Numbered from the stretch's first letter, positions 20,591-30,631 are shown. The stretch is DNA of 64,000 nucleotides from Candidatus Spongiisociaceae bacterium (GCA_965219685.1 CBDCOH010000002.1:2208001-2272000); one strand, 5' to 3'. The notes: generated from the sequence alone by a model not told the origin. A program made the numbers and translations.

Positions 20591-20636
20591 TTGACCTCAA
20601 CTGGCCGAGCGGATACGTTGACCGTATGGATACGGT
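20591..20636 (+). promoter_or_regulatory. sigma70-type promoter with a palindromic operator near +1
   Basis: TTGACC-17-TACGTT followed by ACCGTAT-GG-ATACGGT. Confidence 0.6.
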
Positions 20637-20703
20637 AGGGTGTTCGACCGTGCTTACCGGATCACGGGATCACACCCGACGAGCCATGAGGAAGTGAGGC
20701 CCC

Positions 20704-21111
20704 ATGACCATCACAGAAGAGGCCACCGTCGCGGAGCGGGTCGCTCAGGCATTGGAGTTCTTGGACCAGGCAGAGGCCGAATTCGCTACGGGCGACACCC
20801 GCCAGGCCGCCGAGAAGCTCTATGGCGCCGCCGTCCAGGCCGTCATCGCCGCGTCACGCCAGCGCGGCTGGGACTACCAGTCACATCGAGCCAACAAGAA
20901 CGCCGCCCTCCGGCTGGCCGACGAGTACGACGACCCGTTCCTCACGGCCGGGTTCACCACGGCTGAGAAGTTGCACATCCACTTCCATCACGGCGACATG
21001 GAGGACTACCAGATCACCGCCGACCGCTATGGCGTGCGCCGCTACGTGGAGCGCATGGTGAAGTTGGTAGAGGAGTACGAAGCGAACCGAAGGAGGATCC
21101 GAACGAGATGA
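20704..21111 (+). CDS. PaREP1/HEPN-like protein
   Basis: QAAEKLYGAAVQAV, SHR, AEKLHIHFHH. Confidence 0.75.
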   Translation: MTITEEATVAERVAQALEFLDQAEAEFATGDTRQAAEKLYGAAVQAVIAASRQRGWDYQSHRANKNAALRLADEYDDPFLTAGFTTAEKLHIHFHHGDMEDYQITADRYGVRRYVERMVKLVEEYEANRRRIRTR

Positions 21112-21334
21112 TTGGTTCCTAGACGAGTAGTTCCAAGGGATCTGCACAAGCGACCCTACTCCACGAACGCTATACAACGCTGTAAAACGCATTTATAACT
21201 GGTGTTCCCCTGTTTCTGGACTCGGAGCCCAGGGCTGCCGTTTTGTGAAGAGCCACCCGCAGCGCAAACTTGAGACCGGAAACAGTGCCATGGAGGATGG
21301 CAGATGACTCGACCTAACGTTAACCGTCGAGCAC

Positions 21335-21398
21335 CAACTAGAAACTGCAGACTACCGACTAGGAACTATTCATCTAGGTGTCAGGTACTAGGTGCTAG
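21335..21398. repeat. degenerate heptamer tandem repeats
   Basis: caACTag aaACTgc agACTac cgACTag gaACTat followed by ctaggtg tcaggta ctaggtg ctag. Confidence 0.5.
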
Positions 21399-21517
21399 CC
21401 GAGATCCATCCCTCGCTAGGGGGGATCTTCATGGAATAGAAGATGGGTGACCGGTGGTAGAGAGACAGACTGCTCCTTTCGGTCCCTGCAGCGACTCCCA
21501 AACCGGACCCGGCGGAC

Positions 21518-21608
21518 TAATACATCAGAGGTGAGTAGATACCTACATCAGAGTAGAGGAAATTCCTCCATTAGTGGGAGGTAATCTACTACATTAGGAT
21601 CCCTGCCG
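21518..21608 (+). repeat. 23-bp-period direct repeat array (4 units) upstream of an AAA_14/DUF4143 gene
   Basis: T(A/C)CAT(C/T)AG at 21521, 21544, 21567, 21590. Confidence 0.85.
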
Positions 21609-22898
21609 ATGCTGGGAAAGACACTACCCCGACACGTTTCGGAGCAGATCGACGAGGCCCGGGAGTGGGCACGAGTCACACTGATCCACGGCCCGCGCCA
21701 GGCCGGTAAGACCACGCTCGCCCGCCAGATCAGCCACCGGTTGGACGGGACATTCGCCACGCTCGACGATCCTGCGATGCTGGAAGCAGCACGTAGCGAC
21801 CCGGTGGGCTTCGTCACCCAGCCGACCCCGCTGGTGATCGACGAGATACAGCGAGCCGGGGATCCGCTGGTGATCGCGATCAAGAGGGCGGTCGACCTCG
21901 ATCCGACGCCAGGTCGATTCTTGATCACCGGCTCTACCAATTTCCTCACCGTACCCACCATCTCGGAATCACTGGCCGGGAGGTTGGCGATCATCGAACT
22001 ATGGCCGTTCTCCCAAGGCGAACTTGCCCGTGCCGACCCGGAGACCTTCGTGAACCTCGCCTTCGAACAGCCTGAGGTTCTTCGCGCCGGGCCCCCCGGG
22101 TTGACCACCCGCGATCAGTACTTCGAATCCATCTGTGAGGGCGGCTACCCCGCCCTGACCAACTTCACATCACGGCAGCGCCGAGGCTGGTACGGAAACT
22201 ATCTCCGCACGGTGGTCCAGCGCGACATCGTGGAGTTGGCCGACATCCGCCGTGCCGACTCCATTGCTCCGGTGCTATCCACTGCGGCCGCGCTGACGGG
22301 ACAGGAACTGAACGTGGCTCGTCTCGCACGTGGCGCGGGCATCGATCCGCGTACCGCCGCCGGCTATCTCTCCTGGCTGGCCACCGTGTTCCTGGTACAC
22401 CGCGTGCCGATGTGGTCCCGCAACCTATCCACCAAGCAGGCCAAGTCTGCGACGCTATACGTGGCCGACAGCGGATTGGCGGCCCACCTTGCCGGAAAAG
22501 ACCCGGTGGCCTTGGCCCGACCTACCGACACCTCCGTCGGCGGGCTGGTAGAGACATTCGTGGTCAACGAGGTAGCCAGGCAACTCGGCTGGAACCAGCC
22601 CGAGGCGCGTCTTCACCACTACCGCGACCATCGAGGCCCCGAGGTCGACCTGATACTCGAGGCTCCTGATGGACGTGTCGTGGCCATCGAAGTCAAGGCT
22701 GCAATCTCGCCCGGTCCCGGGACAGCCCACTGGCTGAAATGGTTGCGGGACCGCCTCGATCTCCTGGGCAACGACTTCGTCCACGGCTTCGTTCTCCACA
22801 CCGGCCCGAACCGTGCAAGCCTCGGTGACCGACTCACCCTGCTTCCCATCGAAGCACTATGGAGTCCCGGCTTCCCGAACCAGCAGAAACGGCGGTAG
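21609..22898 (+). CDS. AAA_14 ATPase with DUF4143 and C-terminal PD-(D/E)XK-like domain
   Basis: GPRQAGKTT, IDEIQ, TGS, ESLAGR, GGYP, EVDLILE...AIEVK. Confidence 0.9.
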   Translation: MLGKTLPRHVSEQIDEAREWARVTLIHGPRQAGKTTLARQISHRLDGTFATLDDPAMLEAARSDPVGFVTQPTPLVIDEIQRAGDPLVIAIKRAVDLDPTPGRFLITGSTNFLTVPTISESLAGRLAIIELWPFSQGELARADPETFVNLAFEQPEVLRAGPPGLTTRDQYFESICEGGYPALTNFTSRQRRGWYGNYLRTVVQRDIVELADIRRADSIAPVLSTAAALTGQELNVARLARGAGIDPRTAAGYLSWLATVFLVHRVPMWSRNLSTKQAKSATLYVADSGLAAHLAGKDPVALARPTDTSVGGLVETFVVNEVARQLGWNQPEARLHHYRDHRGPEVDLILEAPDGRVVAIEVKAAISPGPGTAHWLKWLRDRLDLLGNDFVHGFVLHTGPNRASLGDRLTLLPIEALWSPGFPNQQKRR

Positions 22899-22996
22899 AC
22901 GAGCGCCCGCAATCAAAGGGCCATCCTCCGACCGCGTAGCCGCTGCCTCTATCCCCTCTGAGCGCCTACCGACCTCGTGTTCTTGGGCTTCCTCTG

Positions 22997-24094
22997 CTAC
23001 TCAGGCGGGGCGTCGTTGAGTTCCACCACTAGGTCGCCGGACAGGATCTGGTCCCGCGCCTCGAGGACCTTGTCGCGCACGTCCTCGGGAACCAAGGCCT
23101 CGTTGAGCGGAGCGATGTCACCGCCTCCTTGCGGCATGTGGAACATGATCCGTTCCATCGGGGCGTTCATGGGGACGCCGTTGACCATCTGGTCCCACCA
23201 GGCGTCGATCGTCACCTCGATGGCCTGGTCCCACTTGGCCACGGTGCTGGTGAGCACCACATCGGGAGCCAGCGCCTGCACGTCGACCAGGTCACCGACG
23301 CCGTACACCCCCGCCTCCTCGGCAGCCTCGAACACACCGAAAACGATCGCGTAGAGCACGTCGGCGCCGGCGGCTATCTGGGCCGCCGCGGCCTCCTTGG
23401 CAGTCGCCGGATCCCACCAGCTCTCGATGAAGGTGACGTCCCACTCCACATCCGGGTTAACGGATTCCGCCCCGGCTATGTAGCCGTTGATCGGGGCGTT
23501 GACGTTCGGGAACGGGAAGTTGGCGACGATCCCGATCTTGCCGGTCTCGGTCATCAGACCGGCGGCCACCCCGGTGAGGAAGGCGGGCTCGTGGATGAAG
23601 GTGTCGACCCAGAATGCGTTGCTGCCCAGCGGATCGTTCCCTGACCCGGCGAATACGAACAGGATGTCGGGGTAGTCGCCCATCACAGCGGAAATCGCAT
23701 CGCTATAGGTGCTGCTGCCGAAGATCAGTTCGTACTTGCCGCTGGCCGCCAGATCGCGGAAGATCCGCTCGCTGTCGCCGTAGGCGATGTTCTCGAACCA
23801 CTCGGTCGAGATCTCGAGGCCGTAGGGCCTCTTGTCGGCAAGACGGTCCAGCGAGTCCAGCATCGCCTGGTACCACGGATCGTCGATGGGGTTCGGCGCG
23901 ATGAAGGCCACGCGCATCACCGACGGTTCCTCTGGGGCGGGCGCAGCAGTTGTCGTGGGTGCAGCAGTGGTCGCGGGCGCCGCCGTGGTGGTGGGGGCCG
24001 CCGTGGTGGTTGGCGCGGCGTCCTCCCCGCACGCCGCTCCGAGCACGGCGAGAACGAGGGCAAGGCTGAGTAGCGGGCCTCTTAGCAGTCTCAT
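22997..24094 (-). CDS. BMP/PnrA-family substrate-binding lipoprotein
   Basis: ATG 24094 after GGGAGG; lipobox AAC; TTAAP repeats; close paralog of 17497-18678. Confidence 0.9.
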   Translation of the reverse strand: MRLLRGPLLSLALVLAVLGAACGEDAAPTTTAAPTTTAAPATTAAPTTTAAPAPEEPSVMRVAFIAPNPIDDPWYQAMLDSLDRLADKRPYGLEISTEWFENIAYGDSERIFRDLAASGKYELIFGSSTYSDAISAVMGDYPDILFVFAGSGNDPLGSNAFWVDTFIHEPAFLTGVAAGLMTETGKIGIVANFPFPNVNAPINGYIAGAESVNPDVEWDVTFIESWWDPATAKEAAAAQIAAGADVLYAIVFGVFEAAEEAGVYGVGDLVDVQALAPDVVLTSTVAKWDQAIEVTIDAWWDQMVNGVPMNAPMERIMFHMPQGGGDIAPLNEALVPEDVRDKVLEARDQILSGDLVVELNDAPPE

Positions 24095-24174
24095 CTTTGT
24101 TGCCTCCCTGGTCTGGATCGAGTGGCTTGCGCAGGGTGCGTCCGGTCCCATCCGGACCCGCCTTGTTGCACTTT

Positions 24175-24212
24175 GCGATATCACTGTCAGCAATATCGCT
24201 CCTGGCAATAAT
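24175..24212. promoter_or_regulatory. tandem palindromic operator candidates in a divergent promoter
   Basis: GCGATAT...ATATCGC overlapping ATATCGCTCCTGGCAATAAT. Confidence 0.5.
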
Positions 24213-24250
24213 ACACTCGGTGTGAACACGCGTAGGAGTGGGGAGCACAT

Positions 24251-25654
24251 ATGAAGGCCGAGCACGACGAGGTTTGCGACCTGTTGCTCACCAACGGGTC
24301 GGTGATCACGGTGGATGACGAGCGACGGGTCCACGAACCGGGATCGGTGGCCATCCGTGGCGACCGGATCCTTGCCGTCGGTCCGCCGAGCGATCTCGAT
24401 CGATACCGCGCGACCAGAGTGATCGATTGCACCGGGAAGGCGGTCCTCCCCGGTTTCGTCGACACCCACACCCACATGTTCCAGAGCCTCGGGCGAGGCC
24501 TGGGCGAGGGCATGCCCCTCTATCCCTGGCTGAGCGACTTCATGTGGCCGTACGCACAGGTGATCAGCCGCCGGGAGGCGTGGGCGGGGGTCAGGTTGAC
24601 GGCACTCGAGGCTGCCAGGGCCGGCACGACCGCCGTGGTAGACGATCACTACGCCCCCACGGACGTCGAGACGACGGTCGGGGTGGCACGGACCATCGAG
24701 GAGGTGGGTTTGCGCGGCGCGGTGGCGCGGGGCATCTTCGGGTCTCCGGCCGAGGTGACGCGCCACTACGACATCCCGGACTACCTGTTCGCTCTGCCGC
24801 CGGAAGAGGAACTCGAGATCACCAGGGCAGCCATCGAAGCCACCTCCGGCCGGAAGGTGGGGGTCTGGCCGGCGCCCGACGGGAACTTCATCGAACGGGG
24901 TCTGATCCTGGATTCGGTGGCCCTCGCCCACGAACTGGACACTCGCTGGCACATCCATTGCTCCGCCCCGCAGTCCGACCCGGATGCCTACGTGTCCTGC
25001 TACGGGGAACGTCCCGTCCACTGGATGAACCGTGCCGGCATCCTCGACGAACGGGCGGCGATCGCCCATGGCGTCTGGTTCGACGACGACGAAGTCTCGG
25101 CCCTGGGCGAGGCAGGCGCCGGTGTCGCCCACTGTCCCACCTCGAACTGTTATATGGCGGACGGCGCCATCCGCATGAACGACCTCCGGTCAGCCGGGGT
25201 GGTCGTATCGCTGGGTACCGACGGATCGGCCTGCGACCACCGCCAGGACATGTTCGAGCAGATGAAGCAGGCCGTATTCGTGCAGAGGCTGCACACCCTC
25301 GACCCCGTTGCGCTGAGGTCGGAAGAAGCGTTGGAGCTGGCCACCCGGGAGGGCGCCCGCTTTCTGGGCATCGACGCAGGCGTACTCGCTCCCGGCAAAC
25401 TCGCCGACATCGCGGTGGTGGATCTCGACCGGGTCCACCTGCAGCCGCTGAATCGCACCATCTCGACGCTCGTCTACGCGGGCCGCGGTTCCGACGTGGT
25501 GATGACGATCGTCGGCGGAGAGGTGATCTACGAGAACGGCGCCTCCACGATGGTGGACGAGGCAGAGGTTATCGCCGAGGCCCGGGCCCGTTCGGCGGAA
25601 TTGATCGAGCGCGCCGGGTTGCACGGCCTGCTCACCCCGTGGAGAAGGCAATAG
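24251..25654 (+). CDS. amidohydrolase (SsnA/MTA-SAH/guanine deaminase-like)
   Basis: PGFVDTHTH, AHGVW, HCPTSN, LGTDG, GKLAD. Confidence 0.9.
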   Translation: MKAEHDEVCDLLLTNGSVITVDDERRVHEPGSVAIRGDRILAVGPPSDLDRYRATRVIDCTGKAVLPGFVDTHTHMFQSLGRGLGEGMPLYPWLSDFMWPYAQVISRREAWAGVRLTALEAARAGTTAVVDDHYAPTDVETTVGVARTIEEVGLRGAVARGIFGSPAEVTRHYDIPDYLFALPPEEELEITRAAIEATSGRKVGVWPAPDGNFIERGLILDSVALAHELDTRWHIHCSAPQSDPDAYVSCYGERPVHWMNRAGILDERAAIAHGVWFDDDEVSALGEAGAGVAHCPTSNCYMADGAIRMNDLRSAGVVVSLGTDGSACDHRQDMFEQMKQAVFVQRLHTLDPVALRSEEALELATREGARFLGIDAGVLAPGKLADIAVVDLDRVHLQPLNRTISTLVYAGRGSDVVMTIVGGEVIYENGASTMVDEAEVIAEARARSAELIERAGLHGLLTPWRRQ

Positions 25655-25775
25655 CACGGGGGGAACCGGCAGGGGCAAGGCCGGGTCGGGGCGACCAAGA
25701 CCTGCCTAAGCCGGATCGAAGCGGCCGTAGCCCGATTCGAGACGGGATGGAGCACCGCGGCGGAGGCCCATCCGA

Positions 25776-27596
25776 CTACCCCCAGCCCCGGGCGTTGAGC
25801 AGCTTCTTCAGATTGCGCTTGCGCGAGTGCTCGGTCCGTACCCGCTCGAGCAGGTCAGTGAAGCGGTGCGGCTCATCCACGGCATCGCCGAGGCGGCGGA
25901 TTCGATCCATCAGATCGACCGCAGTCCGGTAGGCGGACGTCTTCGTCAGGTTGATCAGTGCCAACACTTCCCGCTCATAGACAGCAATCGCGTCGAAAGG
26001 GTGGGAGTGCTCCCGCGCCCGGGCGAGGGTCAGCCACATCTGTCGGTCGCATCCGAAATCGTTAGCCGTGGTCCAGGCCTCTTCGATGTGACCTTCGTAC
26101 AAGAGGATTTCCAGCAGCGGCCCCGCAAGCCTGGAGGCGACCCCGCCCTCCGCCCTGTCCTTACCTACCTCCTGAGCGGCGAGACGGGTACGAAGGAACT
26201 CCACACTGCGCTGCGACCAACCGCCGCCAACCCCCGGCTGCTCGCCAGCCTGTTCGAGCAGGCGCCTGTAGTTCGGCAGGGACGGATACGCGGCGAAGGC
26301 GTCCCAATACAGTTCCACCGCTCCGCTCGAGTCACCGCTACCCCGGAGCATGGCCGCTAGGTAGTCGCGCAGTCGATCGCTGTGTCCAAACCGACCCGGA
26401 TGGTCGCGGAGGCCTCGCCTTGCCCACTCGATCGCCTCGCTCTCGCGACCGGCGGCGCTCAGCGCCCAGGAGATCTCCAGCACCGCGCCGACGCCGTACC
26501 GCCCACGGCTGTGCACTGCGATGAGCTCGTCCGGGTCGCCGGTGGCGAGAGCCCATCCCACCATCGCCTCTTGGACGGCGTAAGCCTCGCTCGAGTGGGG
26601 ACGACGGTCCTCGTTGACATTCCTCCAGCGTGTTTCGAGTTCCTCGCGATAGACCGCAAGTCCGACCTCGCCCAGAAGCTCCACGTAGGCGACGGCCAAG
26701 CGATAGAAGGACTCCAGGTCCGGATCCAGGTCGACTTCCATTGCCACCAAGCGTCCGGCGAGTTCCTCAGGATCGGGACGACCCTGCACGGAAGCCTGGT
26801 AGTGGAGGTCGAGCAGCCGCGACGCGATCGATGGCAGCCAACCGCCCTCGTAGTCGACGTATGACATGGCCTGATCGGCGCGGCGGCATGCATGTTCCAC
26901 CAAGAGAGCCACGTCGTCGGGGAAGCCGAGCTCGCACAGCTCCTCGAGGGCGTCGATCACCTCGTAGATTTCGGAGGTCCATGCCCTTCCCTCTTCATAG
27001 GTGACATAGCCGCCTGCTGTGCCGAACACTCCATCGATTCGCTTTCTCCAGTCGCCCGAGTCGGGCGCGACACCACGGCCGGCTCGGGACGTCGCCAATA
27101 GGCTCTCCCTCAGACGCCAGTCCGACTCGGCCTGATCCAGGACGATCTCGACCAACCGATCTCTCGGAAGTCGCCCCACGAACTCGGCCACTTCCGCGTC
27201 CGGGTCCCGCGCATACGGCTGGTTCGACCCAGCGGCGCGCACACCTGTCACCAACAGTGGCTTCGGGTTCAGCAAGAGCGCCACAGCCACGCAGTGCTTG
27301 CAGAACGATCCGTCCTCGGCGGCCGGGCACGTACAGGACCACCCCGGCCTATCCCCATCCACCCACAGCTCGACGGTATAGGGAATGGTGCCCCGCACCG
27401 TTGCTTGAAGACCCGATCCGAGCGCGGTCGGCGGCTCGGCCCTTCCGTCACGGTGATACCAGATGCCCCGCTCGAAGGAACGCCCTCCGGCCAGATCCGC
27501 GATCGCGGACGCCGTGAACACTTGCTCCAACGGACCCGCGGTCACACGAGCACCCTTCGCCAAGGGTGTTGACGCTCTGCCATCAATGGCATACAA
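25776..27596 (-). CDS. SWIM zinc-finger protein with a helical C-terminal region
   Basis: SFERGIWY...CTCPAAEDGSFCKHCVAV. Confidence 0.8.
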   Translation of the reverse strand: MYAIDGRASTPLAKGARVTAGPLEQVFTASAIADLAGGRSFERGIWYHRDGRAEPPTALGSGLQATVRGTIPYTVELWVDGDRPGWSCTCPAAEDGSFCKHCVAVALLLNPKPLLVTGVRAAGSNQPYARDPDAEVAEFVGRLPRDRLVEIVLDQAESDWRLRESLLATSRAGRGVAPDSGDWRKRIDGVFGTAGGYVTYEEGRAWTSEIYEVIDALEELCELGFPDDVALLVEHACRRADQAMSYVDYEGGWLPSIASRLLDLHYQASVQGRPDPEELAGRLVAMEVDLDPDLESFYRLAVAYVELLGEVGLAVYREELETRWRNVNEDRRPHSSEAYAVQEAMVGWALATGDPDELIAVHSRGRYGVGAVLEISWALSAAGRESEAIEWARRGLRDHPGRFGHSDRLRDYLAAMLRGSGDSSGAVELYWDAFAAYPSLPNYRRLLEQAGEQPGVGGGWSQRSVEFLRTRLAAQEVGKDRAEGGVASRLAGPLLEILLYEGHIEEAWTTANDFGCDRQMWLTLARAREHSHPFDAIAVYEREVLALINLTKTSAYRTAVDLMDRIRRLGDAVDEPHRFTDLLERVRTEHSRKRNLKKLLNARGWG

Positions 27597-27830
27597 ACAT
27601 GTTCAGGGTAGTTCGCCACTAGATGAAGGTAGACCACCGGTAGGTGACATCCCGGGGTCTCACGGCTGCAAGGTACCTGTGACCCACGACGCTGAACGGA
27701 CGATCATGGGCTTGGTGACGGGTCGGCATTCCCGTCGGGATGACGACGGTGATAACGACTGTCATGGTCTTCCTGGACGGCCCGGGCTACCCCTCCGCGA
27801 AGAGCCACCCGCGGCGTAAAACACGGGGAC

Positions 27831-27864
27831 CAACTGGCAACTGGCAACTGGCAACTGGCAACTA
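27831..27864. repeat. heptamer tandem repeat (CAACTGG)x4 plus a partial unit
   Basis: caactggcaactggcaactggcaactggcaacta abutting the SDR stop codon. Confidence 0.9.
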
Positions 27865-28620
27865 ATGAAATCCAGAGCCTCCGTTGACCCAGATGTTCTG
27901 GCCGGTAACGAAATCCGACCATGGGCTGACCAGATACAGGAGGGTGCCGACCATGTCGTCGGGGACCTGGGTGCGTTTGAAGGCCCGCCGGGCGGTTATC
28001 AGGCCGTCGACGTGCGGTTGCTTGGCGGCGTACTCCGCGTCGTGGGGGATGTAGTCGGGTGTCAGAGTGTTGACCGAGATACCGTCGTCTCCCAACTCGC
28101 GCGCCAACGAACGCGTGAGTCCCCAGATGGCCGCCTTCGAGGCCACGTAGTGGAGGAACCCCGGAGTGCCGTCGTTGACGGTCATCGAGGCGATGTTGAC
28201 GATCTTGCCGCTCTTCTGGGCCCGCATGGTCGGCGCCACGGCCCGGGCGCACAGCCAGGAGCCCTTGACGTTGACGTCAAAACACATGTCCCACTCGTCG
28301 GGAGAGATCTCCTCCATCGGACCCTGGGTGAGCGACAGGTAGAAGGCTGCGTTGTTGACCAGCGCGTCGATCCGACCGAAAGCGTCGACGGTGGCAGCCG
28401 CCATCGCTTCGGTGGAGGCGACATCGCTGACATCCGCCCGCACCGAGATGGCCTTGGCGCCCAACTCCTCGGCCTCCGCCACGATCTCGGAACCGTCGAC
28501 GAGGTCGGCAACGACGAGATAGGCGCCCTCCGCGGCCAGCCCCCGGCTGTAGGCGCTCCCTATTCCACCGGCCCCGCCGGTCACTATCACCACCTGGCCG
28601 TCGAGCATGCCCATGAGCAC
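27862..28620 (-). CDS. short-chain dehydrogenase/reductase
   Basis: TGGAGGIG, NNAA, YVASK, VTGQ. Confidence 0.92.
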   Translation of the reverse strand: MLMGMLDGQVVIVTGGAGGIGSAYSRGLAAEGAYLVVADLVDGSEIVAEAEELGAKAISVRADVSDVASTEAMAAATVDAFGRIDALVNNAAFYLSLTQGPMEEISPDEWDMCFDVNVKGSWLCARAVAPTMRAQKSGKIVNIASMTVNDGTPGFLHYVASKAAIWGLTRSLARELGDDGISVNTLTPDYIPHDAEYAAKQPHVDGLITARRAFKRTQVPDDMVGTLLYLVSPWSDFVTGQNIWVNGGSGFH

Positions 28621-28677
28621 TCCATCCTTTCGCTTCGGTCGGCCCGGCGCCGCGCCGGCGTCCCTCTCCCGTTTCCG

Positions 28678-29736
28678 CTAGTCCGTCACGAAGTCGGCTG
28701 CCAACTCGAACAGCCAGGAGCGGTAGGCGAGGGTGACGTCGTCGGCCACCTTTATGTACATCTCGGCGCTCAGCAGGTCCGGGAGGTGTTCGGGCCACTG
28801 GGACTCGACCACGGGTTGGTCCTGATCAAGCACCATCAGTTCGAAGTCGATCAGGAAGGCCAGGTCCTCGTCGGTCTGCGCGAAATCCGACCCGATGTGC
28901 CAGAAGTTCCGGCAGGTTGCCGGGCCGGTCGGTGCGGAGACCATGTAGAGCCCGTAGCGCTTGCCGTTGGGGAAGATCCGCAGGAGGTAGATCGTGCCCG
29001 GCAGGGTCAGGTAGTAGCGGTTGAGGACCGTGACGATGTCGTCGGAGATTCCGAGGATCCCCTTCATAGTGTCGTCGTTGGGTTCCACGACGTAGCGGTC
29101 GAACCGGAGCATCTGCCCCTCCCGCCAGACCTCGTGGTCCTCCACCTCCGCCTTGTCGCGAGTGCCAAGGATGTTCTCATGCACGAACGGGAAGTGCGAG
29201 AAGTCGACGAAGTTCTCCAGCCGGCGCGGAGCGCTGGTCCTCCAGTCGTAGAAGGGCGGTGACTGCCAGTGCATGTTCGGATCGTCCCACTCGGCCAGTC
29301 CCGGCGGGTCGCCCCAGGGTTCGTCGACCAGCGACACCCATATCATCCCGGCGCGCTCCCGGCACTCGTAGCGGACCAGGTTGACCTTGAGGATCCCGTT
29401 GAGGTCGGGGCGGGAGGGGATGTTGACCAGGTTGCCCTCCATGTCGTAGGTCCAGCCGTGATACGGGCAGTTGATGCACCCGTTCTCGATCCACCCGAGC
29501 GACGGCGCCGCTCCCTTGTGGCGGCAGACGTCCATGAACGCCCGGGCAATCCCGTCGTGGCGGACGATGAGTATCCGCTCGCCGAGCAGTTGCCCCTGCA
29601 TCATCTCGTCCTCGCCGACATCGCTGCTGTAGGCGACCGGATGCCAGAAGTGCCGCATCGCCCGGTACCACTTGGAGGCACGTTCCGGAACGAAAGGGTC
29701 GGCCAGGTCCTGCATGGTGGGTTTGGCCACGGTCAC
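28678..29736 (-). CDS. Rieske oxygenase alpha subunit, NdmA/NdmB-like
   Basis: RHFWHPV, CRHKG...CPYHGW, RRLENFVDFSHF, PVVESQWP, VADDVTLAYRSWL. Confidence 0.9.
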   Translation of the reverse strand: MTVAKPTMQDLADPFVPERASKWYRAMRHFWHPVAYSSDVGEDEMMQGQLLGERILIVRHDGIARAFMDVCRHKGAAPSLGWIENGCINCPYHGWTYDMEGNLVNIPSRPDLNGILKVNLVRYECRERAGMIWVSLVDEPWGDPPGLAEWDDPNMHWQSPPFYDWRTSAPRRLENFVDFSHFPFVHENILGTRDKAEVEDHEVWREGQMLRFDRYVVEPNDDTMKGILGISDDIVTVLNRYYLTLPGTIYLLRIFPNGKRYGLYMVSAPTGPATCRNFWHIGSDFAQTDEDLAFLIDFELMVLDQDQPVVESQWPEHLPDLLSAEMYIKVADDVTLAYRSWLFELAADFVTD

Positions 29737-29766
29737 CTCCCTCCCTGCTGACTCGCGAGGAACGGC

Positions 29767-30516
29767 TCAGACAAAGTATGCACCCCCGTTGACCAGCAGG
29801 CTCTGGCCGGTGACGAAGTCTGAGGCCGCAGAGCTGAGATAGATGATGGTGCCGACCATGTCGTCGGCCACCTGGGTGCGCTTCAGCGCCCGCCCCGCGA
29901 CCACGAACGGGTCGCTGGTGGCGTCGGTGGGGCGCAGGTCGGGGTTGGGGATCAGGTCCGGCGACACCGTGTTGACCGTAATGCCCTCCGGACCGAGTTC
30001 GGTGGCCAGGCACCGGGTCAGGCCCAGCAGGGCCGACTTGCTGGCCACGTAGTGGGGGAAGCCCACCGTTCCCTTGAAGCAGGTGTTGGATGCGATGTTG
30101 ATGATCTTGCCGGAGCCCTGGGCCGCCATGTGCGGGTACACCGCCTTGATGCACAGCCACACGCCGCGGACGTTTACCTCGAAGGTCCGGTCCCACTCCG
30201 CGATGGACACATCGGTGAAGGGGCCCCGTGTGGTCTCGGAGAACATCGCCGCGTTGTTGATCAGGACATCGATGCGCCCGAAGCCGTCCATGGCCGCCTC
30301 CGCCATCGCCACCGTGGACGCCTCGTCGCTCACATCGGTGGTGACCGAGAGGGCCTCGCCACCGGACCCGGCCAGTTCCTCCACGACGTGCGAGCCGTCC
30401 AGCAGATCGGCGATGACCACGGCAGCCCCTTCTGCGGAGACTCCATGCGCATAGGAACGGCCGATCCCGCGAGCCCCGCCGGTGATGACCACCACCTTGC
30501 CGTCTAGCACACCCAT
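29767..30516 (-). CDS. short-chain dehydrogenase/reductase (paralog of 27862-28620)
   Basis: TGGARGIG, NNAA, YVASK. Confidence 0.92.
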   Translation of the reverse strand: MGVLDGKVVVITGGARGIGRSYAHGVSAEGAAVVIADLLDGSHVVEELAGSGGEALSVTTDVSDEASTVAMAEAAMDGFGRIDVLINNAAMFSETTRGPFTDVSIAEWDRTFEVNVRGVWLCIKAVYPHMAAQGSGKIINIASNTCFKGTVGFPHYVASKSALLGLTRCLATELGPEGITVNTVSPDLIPNPDLRPTDATSDPFVVAGRALKRTQVADDMVGTIIYLSSAASDFVTGQSLLVNGGAYFV

Positions 30517-30563
30517 GGCAAACCTCCCCGCTGTCGGCCGGTACGCGACAGATTAGCCGCCGG

Positions 30564-30583
30564 ATATTGCTGGTGCCAATAAT
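30564..30583. promoter_or_regulatory. candidate operator of the catabolic regulon
   Basis: ATATTGCTGGTGCCAATAAT, 16/20 to 24193-24212; divergent promoter. Confidence 0.5.
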
Positions 30584-30631
30584 CCCGCACGTTATTCTCG
30601 CCGGATCGCCCACACCCACGGCGACATAGAT

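Noticed and set aside
22997-25132. 711-aa ORF as a fusion protein (likewise 5893-7470, 60962-63079, 2125-2808)
   Set aside because: The N-terminal parts overlap other genuine genes; true starts with RBS or coupling lie downstream
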